Shown here: in pieces, positions 35,109 to 42,295 of the stretch
How the letters are laid out: each line of letters starts with the position of its first letter
How positions within the stretch are numbered: position 1 is the stretch's first letter
Assembly: GCA_040773125.1 (NCBI GenBank)
Contig: JAXGWV010000002.1
Coordinates: forward strand, 1-42,295
Reading direction: 5' to 3'
DNA length: 42,295 nt
Origin: Candidatus Dojkabacteria bacterium
GTDB lineage: Bacteria; Patescibacteriota; Dojkabacteria; SC72
Program-made: the position numbers and the translations under genes
Notes under the pieces: generated by a model
Told to the model about the DNA's origin: nothing
Databases searched by the model: none
The model's input: only the letters and a program-made list of their open reading frames with translations

Positions 35109-35113
35109 CCAAC

Positions 35114-35722
35114 CTAATCTTTTTTCAATTCTCCATAAATATATAAATATTCGCTATCACTCAATTTGATTTTCTTCTCACTCTTCAATCCGTCAATACC
35201 ATATTTGTAGCTATACAATACTCCACCATTTTTAACATATTCCATAATTTTCCCTTTTAATGCATTCATCGTCTTATCATCTAGATAGCAATATATTTTA
35301 GTAAAGTCATTAAATTTAAGCTCAAAAAGATTTTCCCCTTCAAATACAATATCTTTAGACATTGGGAAATGTAAAATTCTTTTTGTTCTGGCGATAATTA
35401 TCATAATAGGGGAAATATCATAGCCAAAACATTTACACTGAGAATTCCTATATGCTTCCAGTACTATATCCCCTACTCCACAGCCCAAATCTAAAAACTT
35501 GTCATTTTTATTAAGATTCATAAGCTCAATAATTTCTGGAATAACTGTTTGTGGAGTTTTCTTTGTAGGAGCCAATAAGGAATTTATGATTATTGTGATA
35601 ATTAAACCAGCAAAAAGCATTACTCCGGTTACTATTACACCAATTGTAATTCCATTTAACATGAATAGAGAATAATAATATATAATTAGGTATATGATAG
35701 ATGGAATTTTACTAATAGACAA
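35114..35722 (-). CDS. membrane-anchored class I SAM-dependent methyltransferase
   Basis: 202 aa. N-terminal TM region and SAM motif I FLDLGCGVGD. The start is uncertain: 35722 overlaps the truB start, and Met21 at 35662 is an alternative. Confidence 0.7.
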   Translation of the reverse strand: MSISKIPSIIYLIIYYYSLFMLNGITIGVIVTGVMLFAGLIITIIINSLLAPTKKTPQTVIPEIIELMNLNKNDKFLDLGCGVGDIVLEAYRNSQCKCFGYDISPIMIIIARTKRILHFPMSKDIVFEGENLFELKFNDFTKIYCYLDDKTMNALKGKIMEYVKNGGVLYSYKYGIDGLKSEKKIKLSDSEYLYIYGELKKD

Positions 35723-36392
35723 GGAGAAGGGTATTACATCGTATGATGTTATTAGGAAATTAAAAAAAATTCTTCCAAAAGGTCAAAAGATTGGTCATGC
35801 TGGAACTTTAGATCCTTTTGCTACTGGGTTATTGATAATACTCCTTGGTAGAGGTACAAAACTTATGGAAGATATTTTACAACTTGAAAAAGGATATATT
35901 GTAAAAGCAGAGTTTGGTTATGCTACAGATACTCAAGATATTACAGGGAAGAAAGTACTTGAGGATAATAAAGGTTTGGTTGTTCCGAAAGACTCTTTAG
36001 AGGAAATAATTAAAAAGAATTTTTTGGGAGAAATCCAACAGGTTCCTCCATCTTATTCTGCAATTAAAATAAAAGGTAAAAAAGCATATGAATATGCGAG
36101 AGATGGTAAAGAAGTCCAAATCAATTCTAGGGCTATTAATATTTCTGAATTTTCATGTTTAAACTATAATTGGCCATTCGTTACTTTTAAGATTCTTTGT
36201 TCATCTGGGACATATGTAAGGACATTAATTAATGATTTGGGAATACAATCAGGAGCGTATGCTACTGCTGTAGAATTAAGAAGGTTTAAGATTGGTAATT
36301 ATTTATCTGAAAGAGCTTTTAAGTCTGAGGAAATTTCTGAAGGGAATATTGATAGAATTCTTAATAGTATTATAAATTTAAATAACAAATAA
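35694..36392 (+). CDS. truB: tRNA pseudouridine(55) synthase TruB (short form)
   Basis: 232 aa. GILLIDKEKGITSYDV, and the catalytic-Asp motif GHAGTLDPFATGLL. Confidence 0.93.
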   Translation: MIDGILLIDKEKGITSYDVIRKLKKILPKGQKIGHAGTLDPFATGLLIILLGRGTKLMEDILQLEKGYIVKAEFGYATDTQDITGKKVLEDNKGLVVPKDSLEEIIKKNFLGEIQQVPPSYSAIKIKGKKAYEYARDGKEVQINSRAINISEFSCLNYNWPFVTFKILCSSGTYVRTLINDLGIQSGAYATAVELRRFKIGNYLSERAFKSEEISEGNIDRILNSIINLNNK

Positions 36393-37073
36393 ATGGAAAA
36401 AGGTAAATTATATGTAGTTGCCACACCAATAGGTAATCTTGAAGATATCACATTAAGAGCGATTAGAATATTAAAAGAAGTCACTTTTATTCTTGCAGAA
36501 GACACAAGGGAAAGTAAAAAATTGCTTGATAAATATTCAATCACTAGTCCACTAATTTCCTATAGAGACCAGAACCATGAGAGGATGATAGGTAAGATAT
36601 TTGAAAAGTTAGATATGGGTATGGATTTAGCATTAATCTCTGATGCAGGTACTCCTCTAATTTCTGATCCTGGTTTTCGTTTAGTGAAGGAGCTGTTAGA
36701 AAGAGATTATTCTGTGATATCTATTCCAGGACCATCAGCCGTTACATCTGCCCTCTCTGTGTCTGGTTTGCCAACAGACAGATTCGTTTTTTTAGGATTT
36801 CTTCCTAAAAGTGAGGAAAGAAGAAAGAAAATATTAAAGGATTATTTACATCTCGAGAATTCAGTAGTTATATACGAATCTCCACAGCGATTAATTAGAT
36901 TACTAAGGTTGATATTAAACGAATTTGGAGATAGAGATGTTTTTCTTGCGAAAGATATTTCAAAGATGAGAGAAGAAAGTTTTAAAGGGAATATCTCTAA
37001 TGTTCTATATGAATTAGAAAAAAGAAACTTTGAGAAAAATCCTCATGGAGAATTTGTATGTATATTTAGGTAA
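36393..37073 (+). CDS. rsmI: 16S rRNA (cytidine1402-2'-O)-methyltransferase RsmI
   Basis: 226 aa. LYVVATPIGNLEDITLRAIRILKEV, and the tetrapyrrole-methylase-fold motif SDAGTPLISDPG. Confidence 0.93.
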   Translation: MEKGKLYVVATPIGNLEDITLRAIRILKEVTFILAEDTRESKKLLDKYSITSPLISYRDQNHERMIGKIFEKLDMGMDLALISDAGTPLISDPGFRLVKELLERDYSVISIPGPSAVTSALSVSGLPTDRFVFLGFLPKSEERRKKILKDYLHLENSVVIYESPQRLIRLLRLILNEFGDRDVFLAKDISKMREESFKGNISNVLYELEKRNFEKNPHGEFVCIFR

Positions 37074-37953
37074 AGAGGATTTGGTAATTCTTATCAGTAG
37101 CCTCTTCTAATTTCTCCATACTTAAATCTTTTACTTGGGATGCAATTTGCATAATTTCTCGGATATCTTTAGGTTGTGCGAATTTTTCCTTTATCTTTTT
37201 ATTTTTTCTAACAGATTGTGGAGGAAGAAATGGTCCATCTGTTTCAAAAAGAATTCTATCAAGAGGGGTTTCTCTAAGTACTTCTCTAACACTTTCTCCA
37301 CTCTTGTAAGTGATTATCGCATTGAAGCCAATATGAAACCCAAGATCTAATATCTGGTGAAGTTGTGAAATGTTGCCTGTGTAGCTATGAAAAGAGCCTC
37401 TAACAGTACCCTTCCCTTCTTCAGCAATTATCCTAATTGTATCTGCAAGACACTCTTTACTTCCATTAATATCTCTTGAATGAATACTCATTGGTAATGA
37501 GTTCTCAGTAGCTAACCGAATTTCATTTCTAAACATAATTTTTTGCACTTCTTTTAATTGCTCCTTTTGATCTTCGGAATATTCTTTATTTAAGGAAAAT
37601 TGGTAATAATCAAGACCACACTCTCCAATTGCGGAGATTTCATCTTTTTTCTTGTTAAAAATCTCATTATACAGAACCATTTTCTTTTGGCACTTCTCAA
37701 AAATTTCCTCTTGTATTCCAAGAGAGAGAGTAATCTCTTCAAAGAATGTAGGGTGTAGTCCTATGGCAACTTGAACAGTATTCGGGTGCAATTTGTTAAT
37801 TTTCTCTGCAATTTGGAAATTGTCGTCAAAGTCTACTAAATCAGTCCCTTGTGTAAGAATATACTTTCCATTATCACGAAGAAACAGATCGATAACATCT
37901 TGATAGTTGCCTTTTAGGGGTTCCATAGCTAAATGAATGTGTGAATCATGCAT
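37066..37953 (-). CDS. tatD: TatD-family metal-dependent hydrolase/DNase
   Basis: 295 aa. N-terminal HDSHIHL (HxH), GECGLDY, SIHSRD, ETDGPFL. Confidence 0.9.
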   Translation of the reverse strand: MHDSHIHLAMEPLKGNYQDVIDLFLRDNGKYILTQGTDLVDFDDNFQIAEKINKLHPNTVQVAIGLHPTFFEEITLSLGIQEEIFEKCQKKMVLYNEIFNKKKDEISAIGECGLDYYQFSLNKEYSEDQKEQLKEVQKIMFRNEIRLATENSLPMSIHSRDINGSKECLADTIRIIAEEGKGTVRGSFHSYTGNISQLHQILDLGFHIGFNAIITYKSGESVREVLRETPLDRILFETDGPFLPPQSVRKNKKIKEKFAQPKDIREIMQIASQVKDLSMEKLEEATDKNYQILFT

Positions 37954-38029
37954 AGGGGTATTCTACCATAGAAATGAAAAATATTATTTGATGCTTTTTA
38001 AAATCATAATATGGTAAAATATTAAAGAG

Positions 38030-38734
38030 ATGGGAAAAAAATCAGGTTCGAATTGGATGCTGCTTATTACCGTTTTTATCTTCTTACTTTCAGTAGGTGT
38101 TGTTGCATACAAACTTATTGAATCCTCTAGGTTGTCACAATGTAATTACAATGGGAAAATTGTTTCAGTTGGTGATTCAATTTCAGAAGATGGAAAAAAT
38201 TGCATATGTTCTTCGGAAGGATTGTTGATTTGTGATGATGATGCGGTTTCGGATAACCTAACACAATCTACATATTTAACTGATAATCTTTCTTTTACTT
38301 ACAAATTTCAAAACACACTAGTTTCTGAGAAACCCTTATTCTCAAATGTTAGGACAGTAGATGTCACACAAAATGGTGACAAATTAAGGGTAGTAATAGA
38401 AAGGGAGGTTTGGTGTACGAAAGATTATGAAGCTCCAAATCAGGCAGCTTATTATCAAATTGAAGAAAACAAACTACAATTGTTTACTATTACAGCCTTT
38501 GAGGAAGGTGTTTACACAAAAAATTGTTTAGTTTCTAACACTTTTGAATTAAGTAATTCTGATGTTTTGGTAGACGAAAATTTCGAAATATTATACATAG
38601 GGGAAGATGGAAGCTCTAATCTTCTTAATTCCTGTGTGTATAATGGAATTCTTTATGGAGGGAATGATACTTTTAGTGCTCAAGAACAGGGTAAATTATG
38701 CTCTTGCAACAATGGATCTGTAGAGTGTAAGTAG
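38030..38734 (+). CDS. hypothetical secreted or membrane-anchored Cys-rich protein with terminal repeated Cys motifs
   Basis: 234 aa. N-terminal TM/signal anchor. It has near-identical cysteine patterns close to both ends (CNYNG...CICSSEGLLIC and CVYNG...CSCNNGSVEC). Confidence 0.6.
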   Translation: MGKKSGSNWMLLITVFIFLLSVGVVAYKLIESSRLSQCNYNGKIVSVGDSISEDGKNCICSSEGLLICDDDAVSDNLTQSTYLTDNLSFTYKFQNTLVSEKPLFSNVRTVDVTQNGDKLRVVIEREVWCTKDYEAPNQAAYYQIEENKLQLFTITAFEEGVYTKNCLVSNTFELSNSDVLVDENFEILYIGEDGSSNLLNSCVYNGILYGGNDTFSAQEQGKLCSCNNGSVECK

Positions 38735-38737
38735 CAA

Positions 38738-39766
38738 TTAAATGATTCCCAAATAAAAGCCTACAATACTTGTAGCAAGGGTGAACAACCAAAATCTCAT
38801 AACAACTTTGTATTGTGGCCATCCATTTGCCTGAAAATGGTGATGAATTGGAGCGATTTTAAAAACCCTTTTGTTGAAAAATCTAAGGCTTACCATTTGG
38901 ATAAAGCTAGATAGCATAATTATCCATGTTATTAGTGACATGAATATGTAAGGAATCAAATTGTTTGTAACTAATGCGATAAAAAACATTGTAAAACCAA
39001 GAGGCATAGCTCCTGGTCCACCATTCCAGAATCTTGCAGGAGGAATATTGAAGTATAAATCTATAATCTCAACACCGAGGATTATAAATAAAATGGGCAG
39101 AAATTCATACTGTCCTTGTAAAACAAGTAAAAAAGAAAAAAAGATTGTAATGATTGTCATAATTCCAATCATTAATCCATCTGCTCCATCAGTTAATTCT
39201 GCCGAATAAATAGCAAACTGCCCCACAACTCCACTAAGTATTGCGATAATTGGAGTAAAGTTTACAGCCAGATTGCTTGTAAAATTTAATTTCTCAATAT
39301 ATCCTGTTTTGTACAGAAGTAGCATTACACCAATATTAAGGAAAATGGAGAAGATTAACTTCCCAAGACGCCATTCAAAAGTCTCCTGAAAAGCTTTCAT
39401 CTTCTCATTGTTCTTAAATCCATTTGTGAAAACGACTACGTCAATTAGTCCCCAGATTCCGAATAGGATAAAACCAATCAAAAACACTTTTAGGACCTCT
39501 GTCATAGGTAAGAACAGAAGAATTATTAATGGGACTATGACTAAAATAATAAGTCCACCCATATTAGGAGTTCCATTTGTTGTAGTTGTTTTCATTATCT
39601 TCATAAAGAGTGTATTATCTCCATCGGTAGCACCAATCTTTGATTTCTTAATTCCACTAACTTGATTAAATTTGTAGAGGATGGAAATCATAATTGGGGC
39701 AAATATAGCTGAAACAATCGTGGAAACAAAAAGTAGTTCTATACTCCTTTTAAGTTCTTGGTTCAT
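38738..39766 (-). CDS. mraY: phospho-N-acetylmuramoyl-pentapeptide transferase MraY
   Basis: 342 aa polytopic protein. GTPNMGG, TDGADGL, APIHHHFQANGWPQYKVVMRFW. Confidence 0.93.
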   Translation of the reverse strand: MNQELKRSIELLFVSTIVSAIFAPIMISILYKFNQVSGIKKSKIGATDGDNTLFMKIMKTTTTNGTPNMGGLIILVIVPLIILLFLPMTEVLKVFLIGFILFGIWGLIDVVVFTNGFKNNEKMKAFQETFEWRLGKLIFSIFLNIGVMLLLYKTGYIEKLNFTSNLAVNFTPIIAILSGVVGQFAIYSAELTDGADGLMIGIMTIITIFFSFLLVLQGQYEFLPILFIILGVEIIDLYFNIPPARFWNGGPGAMPLGFTMFFIALVTNNLIPYIFMSLITWIIMLSSFIQMVSLRFFNKRVFKIAPIHHHFQANGWPQYKVVMRFWLFTLATSIVGFYLGII

Positions 39767-39798
39767 ATTTCTAAGAAATAAATTATTGCTTTATTATC

Positions 39799-41634
39799 TC
39801 AATTTCTTTTGGGAATTTCTAGGTCATCAGCAATTGCAAGAAATATTTTTTCCCATAAAGGTGCAGCAGTTAAGGTTGAGAAACTTGCTGTTTGAGGCTC
39901 CTCAAGCCTTACAAGCATAATCATTTTGGGGTTCTCTATAGGAGCAAACCCTACTACTGTATCATTGGTGTAATCGCTCTTATACCCCAATTTTTCAGTG
40001 TTTGCTATCTGTGCTGTTCCTGTTTTGGCTGCTACAGAATAAGATTTCAGTTCTTTTACCATCCCACCCAACATTCCCCTGTCTACTGCAACACCCATTG
40101 CTTCTTTAACAATTCGTGCTGTTTCTTTGGAAATTGGTTGAGAGAGTACCTGTGGTTTTATGGAAATGGTCTCGTTTTCATCGATTATTTGTTCAATAAT
40201 ATATGGTCTCATTCGTATCCCATCATTTGCAAAAGCACTTTGAGCAGAAATCGCCTGTAGAGCAGTAGCGGATATACCCTGTCCAAAGGCAGAAGTTATT
40301 ATATCTAGTTTTGTCCAGTAATCAAAAGGTTTAAGGTAATTGGTAGATTCATCTTGTAATCCTATACCGATAAATTTACCAAGCCCAAATTCTTGTAATT
40401 TTGCATAATACTTTTGAGCATCTACTTTTAAAGCAATTTGGGCAGCACATGGATTGTTGGATGTACGAAATATATCCGCGATATCAATAACTCCAGCAGG
40501 TTTTAGGTTCCATGTATAAACCTTTGATCCTTTTAAATCATCATATCCTGTTACTTTGTATAAATCTAAAAAACCTGTACTGTCATCACACTTAAAATCT
40601 TTATCAATCACTTTCGATTCAAGAGCTATCGCGACAGTTAGTGGTTTCTGGATCGAGCCATATTCGTATACATCTGAAACAGCTTTGTTTTTCAGGATTG
40701 AAGCTTCTGGTACTCTCCAGTACTCTCCAGGTGAGTAAGTTGGGAAATTGGCCATCACCAGAATAGCTCCCGTTTTAGGATCCATGATAATTACACTTCC
40801 ACTTTTTGAACGAGTGTTTCTTACTGTTTCTTCAAGGATTTTTTCTGCTTTGCTTTGTAGATTTGGTTTTAGAGTTAATACAAAATCTTTTCCCTCCCTT
40901 GGTAATATTGGTTGATATTCGGAAGTTAAAATAACATTTCCGTAGGAATCTTTCTCTTCATAGGTATATCCTGATCTTCCATTGATATCTCCGAAATAAT
41001 AACCCTGAATACCGTATTGTCCAATTGTTTTCCCCTCACTGTCTTTTCCAATAAAACCTAGTACATGTGCTGCCAGTGTATCATTAGGATATATTCTTTT
41101 TTCCTCTCGTTCAAAATATAGGCCAAAACCTTGAGTGTTTTTTCCGAAGATTTCGGCATTTTCCAAAGCTTTTTTCTTTTCTGTTGACACCTGTTTTTTT
41201 AATGGAGCATAGACAAAATCGTCAGTTAGTTTTGAACTAATCTCTTCTCGTTCAACTCCCAATATACCTGAGACTTCTGAGACAAATTTTTCCTTTTCTT
41301 TAAAAAACATCTCTCTTTCTTCTTCATTGTTACTTAATGTAGCATAAATATTCCAGACGGGTTCATCTACTGCGAGAATTGTTCCATCTGAAGCTGAAAT
41401 CTTTCCTCTTGGGGCAATTGATATTTGAGTTGACTTGTATTGCTCTTCAGAAAGGTCTTTGAATTTTTCTGCATACAATATTTGCCATCTAAAAGTTTGG
41501 AATATTATGATAAAAGCAAAAAGGGAAATAATGTACATAAGAGTTTTGGCATTTGACGAGGATGTCTTAATTTTGTTTTTCTTACTTTGAGTTCTTCCAA
41601 TATTTGCTTTGTGAAGATGAGTAAGACTTGTCAT
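39799..41634 (-). CDS. ftsI: class B penicillin-binding protein (FtsI-like transpeptidase)
   Basis: 611 aa. TM anchor, dimerisation domain, SIQK (SxxK), SNN (SxN), KTGTA. Located in the dcw position after ftsL. Confidence 0.9.
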   Translation of the reverse strand: MTSLTHLHKANIGRTQSKKNKIKTSSSNAKTLMYIISLFAFIIIFQTFRWQILYAEKFKDLSEEQYKSTQISIAPRGKISASDGTILAVDEPVWNIYATLSNNEEEREMFFKEKEKFVSEVSGILGVEREEISSKLTDDFVYAPLKKQVSTEKKKALENAEIFGKNTQGFGLYFEREEKRIYPNDTLAAHVLGFIGKDSEGKTIGQYGIQGYYFGDINGRSGYTYEEKDSYGNVILTSEYQPILPREGKDFVLTLKPNLQSKAEKILEETVRNTRSKSGSVIIMDPKTGAILVMANFPTYSPGEYWRVPEASILKNKAVSDVYEYGSIQKPLTVAIALESKVIDKDFKCDDSTGFLDLYKVTGYDDLKGSKVYTWNLKPAGVIDIADIFRTSNNPCAAQIALKVDAQKYYAKLQEFGLGKFIGIGLQDESTNYLKPFDYWTKLDIITSAFGQGISATALQAISAQSAFANDGIRMRPYIIEQIIDENETISIKPQVLSQPISKETARIVKEAMGVAVDRGMLGGMVKELKSYSVAAKTGTAQIANTEKLGYKSDYTNDTVVGFAPIENPKMIMLVRLEEPQTASFSTLTAAPLWEKIFLAIADDLEIPKRN

Positions 41635-41636
41635 AT

Positions 41637-41942
41637 CTACTTAGTTGCAACGATTGCTTCTTCTTGGAGATAGATCAGAGTCTTTTTGTTGGAGGGTGAT
41701 AGTGATAACGTTTTGTCAGCTAATTTTTGAATAACCATTATAGATCCACTCTTTGCTATCTCCTCTTCCATTCCTCTGTTCTCCTCAATTAAATAATTCT
41801 TTTCTCCATTTAAGCTTTGGAGTTCGGTACCAAGAGGTGCCAAAATTGAATTAATAATCAATTGACAAAGGACAAATAGAACAAGACTTAAAACGAATAT
41901 ACTTGTAGCGATGTTTTTTGATGCCTTGTTTAATATTCGCAT
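41637..41942 (-). CDS. ftsL: FtsL-like cell division protein
   Basis: 101 aa, with a single TM helix followed by a coiled-coil-like segment. The assignment is positional, based on its location between rsmH and ftsI. Confidence 0.55.
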   Translation of the reverse strand: MRILNKASKNIATSIFVLSLVLFVLCQLIINSILAPLGTELQSLNGEKNYLIEENRGMEEEIAKSGSIMVIQKLADKTLSLSPSNKKTLIYLQEEAIVATK

Positions 41943-41950
41943 TTAAGTTG

Positions 41951-42295
41951 TTAGTTCTTAATTAATGTTCGTAACTTAGCAGAAGCGGAGCGAGGATTTT
42001 TTCTTTTCTCATCATCGGTTGGGGCAATGTATTTTTGAAAAAGCATCCTCCCCTCTCCGCTTCTCGATTTGTCAATAAAATAATTTTTAACAATCCGGTC
42101 TTCTAATGAATGGAATGTAATAACAGAGAGTCTTCCATTCTGATTTAAGACCTTAAAAGAATTATCTAAACCTTTTTCTAAGCTTCCCAACTCATCGTTT
42201 ACCACGATTCGCAGGGCCTGAAAGACCCTGCGAGAAGGGTTCTTATTAATAGATTTATCAGCAGCCGGTACTGCTTTATAGATAAGTCTTGTAAG
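41951..42295 (-). CDS. rsmH: 16S rRNA m4C1402 methyltransferase RsmH (MraW), C-terminal part; the gene continues beyond the right edge
   Basis: The frame stays open to the window end: ...LTRLIYKAVPAADKSINKNPSRRVFQALRIVVNDELGSLEKGL...SVITFHSLEDRIVKNYF, which is typical RsmH. The ORF-track Met at 42205 is internal. Confidence 0.9.
   Translation of the reverse strand, partial: LTRLIYKAVPAADKSINKNPSRRVFQALRIVVNDELGSLEKGLDNSFKVLNQNGRLSVITFHSLEDRIVKNYFIDKSRSGEGRMLFQKYIAPTDDEKRKNPRSASAKLRTLIKN

Noticed and set aside
38045-38053. GGTTCGAAT, a tRNA T-loop-like nonamer.
   Set aside because: The flanks cannot form a T-stem (TCAGG versus TGGAT) or an acceptor stem. The sequence lies in the first codons of a protein-coding ORF.
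1-42295. A search by eye for CRISPR arrays, rRNA or tRNA genes, transposase or integrase genes and long direct repeats.
   Set aside because: I saw no regularly spaced repeats, no rRNA or tRNA signatures and no recombinase-like ORFs. The only notable repeats are the 17-nt inverted pair, the 16-bp palindrome and the hairpins reported above. A by-eye scan cannot exclude short or degenerate elements.

Overview
This is an AT-rich (roughly two-thirds A+T by eye), very gene-dense bacterial chromosomal window. All long ORFs are intact under the standard code, so there is no sign of stop-codon recoding. I call about 43 protein-coding genes, mostly housekeeping: tig-clpP, a sortase with a candidate substrate, an AI-2E transporter, a PpsA/PPDK-like protein, mutS, hisS, a class A PBP, pheS-pheT, infC-rpmI-rplT, thrS, an SDR, RsmD-like and SpoU-like methyltransferases, recG, a Rel/SpoT homologue, tyrS, rarA, truB, rsmI, tatD, and a short dcw block (rsmH-ftsL-ftsI-mraY). 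Several proteins have reduced architectures (PPIase-less trigger factor, TGS-less ThrRS, short Rel). Together with the low GC this suggests a small-genome lineage such as Patescibacteria/CPR, but that is inference only. I found no rRNA, tRNA, CRISPR array, transposase or integrase. The best candidate for an undescribed system is a minus-strand, translationally coupled five-gene operon at 22434-25503: NDK-like, HprK-like P-loop protein, Pol-beta nucleotidyltransferase, alpha/beta hydrolase and Nudix hydrolase. It sits behind a near-consensus promoter, among core translation genes, and I cannot assign it to any pathway. Secondary items are: a PpsA-like protein whose phospho-carrier His is Asp; a small-gene island (33.8-35.1 kb) with strong promoters, long-stem hairpins and a structured leader; a perfect 17-nt inverted repeat flanking the sortase-substrate gene; and a 16-bp palindrome that encodes the shared K-V-I-stop ends of two convergent genes. 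All alignments and motif calls were made by eye, with no searches or computations.
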